Shown here in pieces: positions 25,044 to 32,000 of a DNA stretch of 32,000 bases. The notes under the pieces were generated by a model. The model worked only from the letters and a program-made list of their open reading frames with translations, was not told the origin of the DNA and did not search any database. A program made the position numbers and the translations under genes. Origin of the DNA: Candidatus Korarchaeum cryptofilum OPF8 (GTDB lineage: Archaea; Korarchaeota; Korarchaeia; Korarchaeales; Korarchaeaceae); contig NC_010482.1 in assembly GCF_000019605.1 (NCBI RefSeq), positions 240,001 to 272,000 on the forward strand, read 5' to 3'. Every line of letters starts with the position of its first letter. Positions within the stretch are counted from its first letter, which is position 1.

Positions 25044-26378
25044 TTGAGCCCCGTCATAAGGGGGGTCGTTTTGATACTGGAAGCCCTCGAGGGAGTCCTG
25101 ATTTCGGAGGACGAGGCCCTATCTCTAGCCCTCAAGGAGGTCAGGGAGCCTCCTCTGAGGAGGATAAGTTATACGGGAGTATTTCATCCGTCTGGAATAC
25201 CTCCTCAGCCTGAGATCGAGTTCATAGAGTTGAAGGATCTTAAGACGAGACCCGATCTTTTCATAGGGGTAGATCTGATCTCATGCTTGCTCCGAGCGGA
25301 GGATCCAGATTCCCTGAAGGAGGGGGCCGAGGATCTGATCAGTAGGATGAGGAGGAAGGAGGAGATAAGATCGGAGGACAGTCAGAAGTCTCACATAGCT
25401 CTCGCTTTACCTGAAAAAGAGCACCTTGAGGCTGTAATTGGCAGATGGACTGATTACGTCTGGAAGCCTAGGGCTTACGATGGTAGCGAGGCTCCGAGTT
25501 TCGAAGGGTGGGTGGAGGATCTTAAAGCGATAGCAGATGCTCTAAAGAATGAGGGAATCAATGTAATCTTCTACGGTGGAGATTCAGTCGAGGAAATGAG
25601 GGAAATCGGCTACAATGTTGTGAAGGTCAAATTGAGGAAGGAGCTTCCTAAACTGGGGTATCCCAGGGACCCCAGCGTCGCTTGGTCAAACTCCCCGGTG
25701 ATAATGAACATGACACTGGAGCATAGGAGAGGAGAGGAGGATGCCGCTGCAGATTTCTTCTCGAATATAGGGCTAAAGCCAGCTTTCAGGCCCAGATTCT
25801 GGTCGGATGGGAGGCGCATCGTGAGGGCTAGAGCGGAAGGGGGGAACTTCATAGTGGTGAGGGGGAAGGATAGAGTAGCCCTCTTCACGGGTATAGGGAT
25901 AAGGGGGAGCAACAGGGCCGCAATTGAGCTCATAAAGGAATATTTCTCCCTGAAAGGAGTGGATCTAGATATATACGGGGTCCCGCTTCCGGGTTACATA
26001 AGGGATTGGAGGACCGGGGCTGTCCACTTGGATGTAGTTATGATGAACGCTGGCCCCTGCGTTTTCCTAAGCCCCGGGAGGATGGGCTTCTACTCATTCC
26101 TCAAATTCGGTGATAATATAGATTTTGTCGATGCTGGAAGTGTTTTCAACGAATTAGGCGTCGAGGTAGATGAGATACCGGCTAAGGGCAGTGAGATAAC
26201 CTTAGTTAATGCCCTCAACATAGGGAGGGGTAAGTTAGTGGTCGATGCCTACAATGAGGAGGCTAGCGATTACCTGGAGAGGGAGTGGGGGCTGGATGTG
26301 ATAAGGGTCAAAATACCGCAGGTAGAGGCGGGGGGCGGGGGCGTGAGGTGCGCATCTAGGGAATATTATACGGATTAA
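25044..26378 (+). CDS. Guanidino-group modifying enzyme fold protein (amidinotransferase/arginine deiminase/DDAH-like) with an uncharacterised ~200-aa N-terminal region
   Basis: The C-terminal half carries, in order, YPRDPSVAW, AEGGNFIV, GIRGSNRAA, AVHLDVVMM and the terminal GGGGVRCAS (catalytic Cys position). The track start is TTG, 2 nt after the upstream stop. TTG 25071, preceded by GGGGGGT, is an alternative. Confidence 0.6.
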   Translation: MSPVIRGVVLILEALEGVLISEDEALSLALKEVREPPLRRISYTGVFHPSGIPPQPEIEFIELKDLKTRPDLFIGVDLISCLLRAEDPDSLKEGAEDLISRMRRKEEIRSEDSQKSHIALALPEKEHLEAVIGRWTDYVWKPRAYDGSEAPSFEGWVEDLKAIADALKNEGINVIFYGGDSVEEMREIGYNVVKVKLRKELPKLGYPRDPSVAWSNSPVIMNMTLEHRRGEEDAAADFFSNIGLKPAFRPRFWSDGRRIVRARAEGGNFIVVRGKDRVALFTGIGIRGSNRAAIELIKEYFSLKGVDLDIYGVPLPGYIRDWRTGAVHLDVVMMNAGPCVFLSPGRMGFYSFLKFGDNIDFVDAGSVFNELGVEVDEIPAKGSEITLVNALNIGRGKLVVDAYNEEASDYLEREWGLDVIRVKIPQVEAGGGGVRCASREYYTD

Positions 26379-26438
26379 CTTGAAGCAGAGCCTCCCTCCA
26401 CCTAAAATTTTTTATCTCCGAGGAGGGGTATTACTGGG

Positions 26439-27191
26439 GTGGACATGATAGTAGAGAGGGTGAAAAGCGGCATACCAGGTTTCGATGAGTTAGTGAACGG
26501 TGGCATCCCTAAGAGGAACATAGTACTCTTATCCGGGGGGCCAGGGACTGGGAAGACTATATTCAGCCAGCAGTTCCTCTATCAGGGCCTAGCATTGGGA
26601 GAGCCAGGCGTCCTGGTCACCTTAGAGGAACATCCAGTGCAAGTGAGGAGGGAGATGGCTTCCTTCGGGTGGGATGTGAGGAAGTATGAGGAGGAAGGTA
26701 GCTTCGCAATAGTCGATGCTTTCACTGGGGGAATAGGGGAAGCCGCTAAGAGGGAGAGATATGTTGTGAGGAGCATAGACGATATAGGGGAATTCATGGA
26801 CGTGCTGAGGGAGGCTTTGAAGGATACTAAGGCTCAGAGGGCCGCTATAGATTCTGTCTCAACTCTCTACCTCACGAGACCCGTGAGCGCTAGGAACGTG
26901 TTGATGCAGCTGAAGAGAGTTCTCTCAGGACTTGGAGTCACAGCTCTCATGGTCTCACAAGTCAGCGTGACTGAGAGGGGCTTCGGAGGGCCCGGGGTGG
27001 AGCACGCTAGCGATGGGATAATAAGGCTCGACTTGGATGAGGTCGATGGGGAGCTCGTTAGGAGCATGATAGTGTGGAAGATGAGGGGTACTAAGCACGA
27101 TATGAGGAGGCACCCATTCGAGATAACTGATGAAGGTATAAGGGTCTATTCGGATAAGGTAGTTAAGGGGAGTGTGGTGAGGTATGAGTGA
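26439..27191 (+). CDS. Single-domain KaiC-like / RecA-superfamily ATPase
   Basis: [33 protein letters not shown] (Walker A), Walker B-like AAIDSVS and the KaiC-type RLDLDEV...[12 protein letters not shown] tail are present. GTG start, or ATG at 26445. GAGGAGGGG lies upstream. Confidence 0.8.
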   Translation: MDMIVERVKSGIPGFDELVNGGIPKRNIVLLSGGPGTGKTIFSQQFLYQGLALGEPGVLVTLEEHPVQVRREMASFGWDVRKYEEEGSFAIVDAFTGGIGEAAKRERYVVRSIDDIGEFMDVLREALKDTKAQRAAIDSVSTLYLTRPVSARNVLMQLKRVLSGLGVTALMVSQVSVTERGFGGPGVEHASDGIIRLDLDEVDGELVRSMIVWKMRGTKHDMRRHPFEITDEGIRVYSDKVVKGSVVRYE

Positions 27192-27645
27192 GGAAGTGCC
27201 CCTGAAACCCGTGGGTAAGGAGGATATAAGGAGGCTGGAGCTGGCCCTACTCCTGGGCACGCTCCTCAGACCCGATGTGCTTGAGAAAGTGAGGAGCTCC
27301 GAGGACAGGTTGACTTGGCTTGATTCCCTCCTAATCGCAGCGGGTGCTTTAGCGAGGGATAGAGCGGGATATTCAGCTTCCAAGATAGCCGAGGAGCTGG
27401 GAAGGACTGAGGCGACCGTGAGAAACCATCTAGCTGGGAAGACTGAAGCGGGTAAACTTGTTAAGGAGACTTATGAGGAGATAAAGAGTAAGGGCAGCCT
27501 AGAGATACCAATTCCAACATTGGGGCCTCAGAAGGAGCTCGAGGACAGGCTGAAGGATTACGAAGCGAAGCTGAGCGAGCTGAGGAGTAAGCTGGATGAT
27601 CTACAGAGAGTCGTAGATGATATGAGAAAATTGTTAGGAATATAA
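27184..27645 (+). CDS. Small HTH + C-terminal coiled-coil protein coupled to the KaiC-like ATPase
   Basis: The ATG overlaps the kaiC-like stop by 8 nt. [20 protein letters not shown] is an HTH-like segment. The C-terminus [33 protein letters not shown] is heptad-like. Confidence 0.6.
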   Translation: MSEEVPLKPVGKEDIRRLELALLLGTLLRPDVLEKVRSSEDRLTWLDSLLIAAGALARDRAGYSASKIAEELGRTEATVRNHLAGKTEAGKLVKETYEEIKSKGSLEIPIPTLGPQKELEDRLKDYEAKLSELRSKLDDLQRVVDDMRKLLGI

Positions 27646-27649
27646 AGCA

Positions 27650-27655
27650 TTTTTT
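27650..27655 (+). terminator. Oligo-T tract after the HTH gene
   Basis: T6 begins 5 nt after the TAA stop. A second T7 run lies at 27688-27694. Confidence 0.4.
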
Positions 27656-27746
27656 GGTAGGAAGGTAAAATCCAAATCTCTCAACTATTTTTTTAATTAT
27701 GTTGTCGATTCGATAAGATCGAGAAATTGGGAATTTTTTACTCAGT

Positions 27747-27763
27747 GGGGGGGGGGGGGGGGG
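27747..27763. repeat. Uninterrupted G17 homopolymer
   Basis: Counted directly as 4+10+3 G across the three 10-nt blocks. It is intergenic, 102 nt after the upstream stop and 186 nt before the downstream start. Confidence 0.95.
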
Positions 27764-27811
27764 AACGCGTATTACACCACTTTGTTGAAAATATTTCAAA
27801 AAACTAAAAAC

Positions 27812-27851
27812 AGTAGTGTTGATCTCGCAAATCTATAAAGAGAACACTACT
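27812..27851. promoter_or_regulatory. 9-bp perfect inverted repeat bracketing a TATA element
   Basis: AGTAGTGTT (27812-27820) and AACACTACT (27843-27851) are exact reverse complements. The 22-nt spacer contains TATAAA (27834-27839). Confidence 0.5.
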
Positions 27852-27895
27852 AGTTAGCAAGTTGACGTCTAGATAACTGAAAGTTAATCGTTAAG

Positions 27896-27940
27896 TTTAA
27901 ATTTTAGAGAGCATACGTCAGCGAAAGATCCGCGGGAGGT
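27896..27940 (+). promoter_or_regulatory. Proximal TATA-like box and Shine-Dalgarno site for the surface-protein operon
   Basis: TTTAAATTTT (27896-27905) lies about 48 nt upstream of the start. GGAGGT (27935-27940) lies 8 nt upstream of the TTG at 27949. Confidence 0.45.
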
Positions 27941-27948
27941 CGTCGAGA

Positions 27949-30018
27949 TTGAAAAAGTTGTTGGTAGCCATGCTCCTGCTGGTCCTACTCACCCTACAGG
28001 CTCCGGATCTCAGAGCAGCGGAGACTCCTCTACCAATAATCGTGAATGAGTACGTCAATGCAACTATATCTACGGAGGGCTTCGGTTATTTGTGCGGCCC
28101 CTGGAACGTCACGGGCTACATAATAGTTAAGAATAACAATACTGGGGAGACCGTCTCAGATATCTGGATCCCGATAAACAAGCCGAGCGGACTAACGATA
28201 TCGCTTCATTATGCACCTAGCTATGCCAATGTGAGTAGCGGCAGTCCTCCGAGCTACGTTCAGGCTGATAATTCAGGAGCTAATGAATTCTGGCACATAA
28301 CCCAGCTCAGGAGCGGGGATAATGTGACGCTGAAGTACACCTATACCGGGAGTGGATGCGCTCCAATATTAGTGGAGGAGAGGTACGACCCGCTCAAGAT
28401 AGTGGATGGCGTGAGCTCGACTGTGAATGTGAAGCTGAACATAACTAACAACTTCGCTTTCGCTGTGGATGTCAAGGTCAGGAAGGTCCTGCCAGCCGAT
28501 AATGGAGTTGAGGGCTGGGCTAACATCGCAAATAACCCGGCATTTTCGGGAACTCCGTCGACGAACGTGGGGGGGATAAGTTACTCCAGCGACTACAAGG
28601 AGCTCTACTGGACGAACGACGGCAGCTGGCCGGACGGTTGGTTCACCCTAGCAGCTGGAGGGCATGGGAACTCCACTTTCTCCATAACGGGAACGCCTGC
28701 TTTGAGTGAGGTCGGCGGAGAAACTCGGAAGATAACGCTAGGTACGGTCTATATCTATTTGAAGGCTGAGAGGACATTCACGGGCCTCACGATAGGTAAG
28801 GTATTCGCTGTGGGAGATGCTAGCGTTGAGGCAAAGAAGGAGCAGGATACAACGAATCCTAACCAATGGAAGGAGACGCTCGTATTCTACGATACTAGCG
28901 CTAAATTCAAATATGATTTATTCAATACCACCGTATGGGCTACAGAAGGCAACACTCCGAGCCCAGCTATACCCGGCTCATTCAATAGCACGCAAAGATT
29001 CAACATAACGCAGCTAAGTCCCGGAGGTAGCTTCTCTTCTGTACCGAGCACCTTCACTTACAACGGGATCCCCAAGATATGGGCCCTGGCCAAGTTCAGG
29101 ATAACTAACGATCAGCTGAATGGCTGGTGGAACTACAACAACTTCACATCGGTCTGGCCTAACGGTGATGTTTACTACAGAGTTTACGAGGAGATATGGG
29201 CCGTAAGGGGCTACTTAATCAAAGCTAAGAAGGAGGTCGTCTCAGAATCTTCAGCGAGCTGCTACGTCCTCGGAATATCTCTCGAGAACTTGGGTCAGTG
29301 GGAGACACCCTATCTGGAGTTCTACGATGTCGTCCCGAATGGCTTCAGCCCGGATCCAGCTGGAACCGAGGGTAATATGATATTCACGCCTCACGGCATG
29401 CTAGCTGTAGACGTTAATCCAAGCAGCCCTCCAGACTACAGCTTGATAACGAGTCCCGCTGGCTACTCCAGGGGTTACGTCTGGAAAGCGTACCCAGTTC
29501 CAGCCCCTCAGAACGGTTTCGCAGCTTACTTCAAGGGGACTGGCTCAGGTAACGCTAAGAGCATAGATTTCAAGCTGGTGGATGGGAGCACGGTAACGCT
29601 ATCAGTATATCCCGTGGATGGGAGTAACGTTAACATAGGTGGTACTACTTACGCTGAGGGAAGCAGCTTCACCTTGGGCAGTGGTTCCAGCGCTACGGAT
29701 TTCACTGTAGCTTACGTTGATGATAACTTGACGAGCGGCGGCGGATGGGTCGTGGTCTCAGCTAAGGGGAGTTATGAGAACCTCAATATGGACGTCTACA
29801 ACCCCATATTCGTGAAGTACAGGGTCTGCGGGTCTGGAGTCTATAACGCCACGAACTTGTTCATAGTCGGAGTCGATCCGAGGAATACATTGGATGCTAT
29901 AGCGATATCCTCCCCGAACACCAGGATAGGCTTCGGGGCTTCGACACTCGAGCCCCTCTTACTAGCGATAGCTTTAATAGTTTCAATAGCTGGAGTCTTA
30001 GCGAGGAGGAAGAGATGA
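27949..30018 (+). CDS. Secreted, C-terminally anchored, sequon-rich surface (glyco)protein
   Basis: TTG start with an SD site. Signal peptide MKKLLVAMLLLVLLTLQAPDLRA/AE. About a dozen N-x-S/T sequons (NAT, NVT, NNT, NVS, NIT, NST, NTT, NFT, NLT and others). Beta-rich and aromatic-rich sequence. C-terminal TM helix LLLAIALIVSIAGVLA followed by RRKR. Confidence 0.75.
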   Translation: MKKLLVAMLLLVLLTLQAPDLRAAETPLPIIVNEYVNATISTEGFGYLCGPWNVTGYIIVKNNNTGETVSDIWIPINKPSGLTISLHYAPSYANVSSGSPPSYVQADNSGANEFWHITQLRSGDNVTLKYTYTGSGCAPILVEERYDPLKIVDGVSSTVNVKLNITNNFAFAVDVKVRKVLPADNGVEGWANIANNPAFSGTPSTNVGGISYSSDYKELYWTNDGSWPDGWFTLAAGGHGNSTFSITGTPALSEVGGETRKITLGTVYIYLKAERTFTGLTIGKVFAVGDASVEAKKEQDTTNPNQWKETLVFYDTSAKFKYDLFNTTVWATEGNTPSPAIPGSFNSTQRFNITQLSPGGSFSSVPSTFTYNGIPKIWALAKFRITNDQLNGWWNYNNFTSVWPNGDVYYRVYEEIWAVRGYLIKAKKEVVSESSASCYVLGISLENLGQWETPYLEFYDVVPNGFSPDPAGTEGNMIFTPHGMLAVDVNPSSPPDYSLITSPAGYSRGYVWKAYPVPAPQNGFAAYFKGTGSGNAKSIDFKLVDGSTVTLSVYPVDGSNVNIGGTTYAEGSSFTLGSGSSATDFTVAYVDDNLTSGGGWVVVSAKGSYENLNMDVYNPIFVKYRVCGSGVYNATNLFIVGVDPRNTLDAIAISSPNTRIGFGASTLEPLLLAIALIVSIAGVLARRKR

Positions 30019-30644
30019 GAGCGCTCCCCATAATCCTCTTTCTTTTATTCTCAGTGCTCCCCTTATCAGCTCAGGATCCGCTGATCTACAAGAGAGCTGA
30101 GGTGATAATAGCTCTGAGGGATGACGGCTCTGCCACTATGAGCTTGAGTTATGAGATAGAGAACAGGGCCTGGGTCCCAGTGGTGCCTGGCTACGGTTAC
30201 CTAGAGTTCAACAGCGGCAGGATATTGAAGGCATCAGCTTCAATCAATGGCAAGAAGACTGAGGTGATTGTCAACGGGAGCAACTTAAGATACTCGATTT
30301 GGGAGGTAATAGAGCCGGGGAAGGCCATAAATGTGAGAGTCAACGTAACAGTATCAGATTTCCTGAGCAAAGGCATAATATTCGATGAGTTCCAAGCGAG
30401 GATAGGGCCCTTCTCATACGAAGTTGAGGAAGTTGATCTTAGGGTGATACCCCCGAATGGGATGAACATAGTTTACCTGAAGGGAGAGGGAAGGCCCCTG
30501 AAGCCGGGAGAAGCTATAGATATAGAGGGAGAGGTCTCAGCGCTCCCGCTCCCGAACATAGGGGTCAGATGGTACCCCTTAGTCTGGCTGATAATAATAG
30601 CCGCTTCTATATCAGCTGTAGTCCTAATGGGGAGGAGGAGGTAA
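30015..30644 (+). CDS. Small secreted single-domain protein with C-terminal membrane anchor
   Basis: ATGA overlap with the upstream gene, with AGGAGGAAG as SD. Signal peptide MRALPIILFLLFSVLPLSA/QD. One beta-sandwich-sized domain. TM helix LVWLIIIAASISAVVLM followed by GRRR. Confidence 0.7.
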   Translation: MRALPIILFLLFSVLPLSAQDPLIYKRAEVIIALRDDGSATMSLSYEIENRAWVPVVPGYGYLEFNSGRILKASASINGKKTEVIVNGSNLRYSIWEVIEPGKAINVRVNVTVSDFLSKGIIFDEFQARIGPFSYEVEEVDLRVIPPNGMNIVYLKGEGRPLKPGEAIDIEGEVSALPLPNIGVRWYPLVWLIIIAASISAVVLMGRRR

Positions 30645-32000
30645 TTGCGGGTCCCGCTAATTTTATTCATCTCTCTCATCCCAATCCTCTTAATAGATGC
30701 GATACCCCAGATACAACTGGATAGGGGACTCTTGAGCCCTGGGGATATCCTGAATGTTAGGATCTTCCGAGCTTGCGATGTTAAGCTCCTAGGGGAGAAT
30801 TTGAGCGTACAGCTCTTCAAAGGGAGCTCAGATTACTTAGAGCTCAAGGTCAATACTTCTAGCATGAAGCCGGGCGTCTACAGGATAGTGAACTCATGCG
30901 ATGGATTTGAAGCGGAAGCTAACTTCACGCTTGACGAGCTCTATATAGAAGTCCTCTCTCCGGAGCCCAACGTTATAGAAGTGGTAGCTAAGACCGAGCT
31001 TCTCGGACCGGTCAATGCCTCGATAACCGTTAACGGTGAGCCTTACAAATCTCCATTTAAAGCGGATCCAGGGGATTACTATATAGAGGCGAATTTCTCG
31101 GGCCTTAGAGCTTCCAAACATATACATCTGCCTGAGATATATATGAGGGAATACTTACTGCCTCAAGATGATGTCGAGATCACTATAAGGGGAGATGAGA
31201 AGCCCTATCTGAAGATAATAACTCCCCTGAACTCATCAATGATCCCGGATCTCGAGAGGGTCAATTCCACTCACTGGTCCTCGAGGTTCAAATTGCCTCA
31301 GTCCATAGCCCTCGGTAACTACAGCTTGATAGTGGAGATGGGCAATATAACGCTCGAGAGGGAGTTCGTGGTAACGAGTATAGTGATAGATTACTCCAAT
31401 GGGAGCCTAAGGGCTAAGGATGCCTTGAGCGGGGAGCCAATAAGGGGGAATATAACCGTGGAATCTTGCTTCTGGAACTTTACATCACAATTCAATGGGA
31501 GCATAGAGCTCGGAGGACCTGCTGAGGTGACTATAAACGATGAGAGGGGCCTCAGATACTCCTTCGAGATAGAGGGTGTATCTACAGATAGGGACGTTTA
31601 CTTCCCAGGGGATACGTTGAGGGTATGCTCATCCGGAGGGAACCTGATAATAAGGTCCCCGACCGGGAGGGTTCTGCTAGATTCCGAAGTCCCCCCGGGG
31701 ATATATGAGTACCCACTGGTCAGGGACGTTAAGATAGGTGAGTATTCGGTAGAACTGAATGGGGTCTCGAGGAACTTTTACGTGGACAACTACTCGATAG
31801 ATGCTAGCTTCACCGGTGACTATGTGGAGGGAAGGGTCAGCTATTACTCCATAGCGCCGAATTCGGTCAGCTACCTCGCTCTGCCCTCGAACTTGAGCGG
31901 AGAATCCAGAGTGATGAACGGTAGCTTCAGGATATACCTTCCCGATTCCGAGGAAGTCATATTGAAGTGCGGGAATGCTGAGATGAGGCTGAGTAAAAAC
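30645..32000 (+). CDS. Large secreted protein built from ~70-80-aa beta-sandwich repeats, 3'-truncated by the window; not in the supplied ORF track
   Basis: I translated the frame codon by codon from TTG 30645 to nt 32000 and found 452 codons with no stop. GGAGGAGGAGGT lies directly upstream. The signal-like N-terminus reads RVPLILFISLIPILLIDA. Repeated modules end in G-x-Y-x-hydrophobic motifs (PGVYRIV, PGDYYIEA, LGNYSLIV, IGEYSVEL), and sequons are frequent (NTS, NFT, NAS, NFS, NSS, NST, NYS, NIT, NGS and others). Confidence 0.7.
   Translation, partial: MRVPLILFISLIPILLIDAIPQIQLDRGLLSPGDILNVRIFRACDVKLLGENLSVQLFKGSSDYLELKVNTSSMKPGVYRIVNSCDGFEAEANFTLDELYIEVLSPEPNVIEVVAKTELLGPVNASITVNGEPYKSPFKADPGDYYIEANFSGLRASKHIHLPEIYMREYLLPQDDVEITIRGDEKPYLKIITPLNSSMIPDLERVNSTHWSSRFKLPQSIALGNYSLIVEMGNITLEREFVVTSIVIDYSNGSLRAKDALSGEPIRGNITVESCFWNFTSQFNGSIELGGPAEVTINDERGLRYSFEIEGVSTDRDVYFPGDTLRVCSSGGNLIIRSPTGRVLLDSEVPPGIYEYPLVRDVKIGEYSVELNGVSRNFYVDNYSIDASFTGDYVEGRVSYYSIAPNSVSYLALPSNLSGESRVMNGSFRIYLPDSEEVILKCGNAEMRLSKN

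Noticed and set aside
27461-27799. 112-aa minus-strand ORF containing a poly-proline run
   Set aside because: The PPPPP stretch is simply the G17 tract read as CCC codons. The ORF overlaps the HTH gene antisense and has no start context.
29930-30018. IGFGAS...hydrophobic...RRKR C-terminus as a PGF-CTERM/archaeosortase sorting signal
   Set aside because: The tripartite layout is similar, but the motif is IGF rather than PGF. The other anchored proteins in the window share no common motif, and no archaeosortase gene is present here.
1-32000. CRISPR arrays, transposases, integrases, rRNA/tRNA genes, inteins or frameshifted pseudogenes
   Set aside because: I saw no regularly spaced direct repeats, no recognisable recombinase, cas or RT motifs in any long ORF, and no disrupted reading frames. 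All major ORFs are contiguous.

Overview
Gene-dense archaeal chromosomal segment, about 90% coding. Support for an archaeal origin: A/T-rich TATA-like boxes sit about 25-35 nt upstream of many start codons. GGAGG-type Shine-Dalgarno sites precede operon-internal genes. GTG and TTG starts are frequent. Arg is mostly AGG/AGA and Ile mostly ATA. The gene content is typically archaeal: TmcA, tungsten AOR, DhnA/ADH-synthase-type aldolase, Lrp/AsnC, a KaiC-like ATPase and SMC-ScpAB. I suspect a thermophilic TACK/Korarchaeota-like lineage but cannot verify this without a search.

The left two thirds (1-23.6 kb) is mostly housekeeping. It holds a CoA-transferase, a SAM methyltransferase, tmcA, an overlapping smc-scpA-scpB-pyrD chain, lrp, uppS, aroD with an aldolase, a GT2, a CBS protein, a secreted Lon-like protease, two tandem ACT-V4R paralogs, a saccharopine-dehydrogenase-like gene and aor.

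The right third (23.7-32 kb) looks accessory and is my best candidate for an undescribed module. It starts with a translationally coupled GT-B glycosyltransferase and a guanidino-modifying (amidinotransferase-fold) enzyme. Next comes a KaiC-like ATPase overlapping a small HTH/coiled-coil protein. A 303-nt intergenic region follows, containing an uninterrupted G17 tract and a 9-bp inverted repeat bracketing a TATA element. Last is a tightly coupled operon of three signal-peptide, sequon-rich surface proteins. The third of these is missing from the supplied ORF track because it runs off the window.

Other points worth a second look are an SMC with arms less than half the canonical length, a membrane-anchored surface protein with a PIN-like cytoplasmic tail, and a 396-nt region of about 25% GC. 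I found no rRNA, tRNA, CRISPR array, transposase or integrase. All family assignments come from motif recognition by eye, not from database searches.
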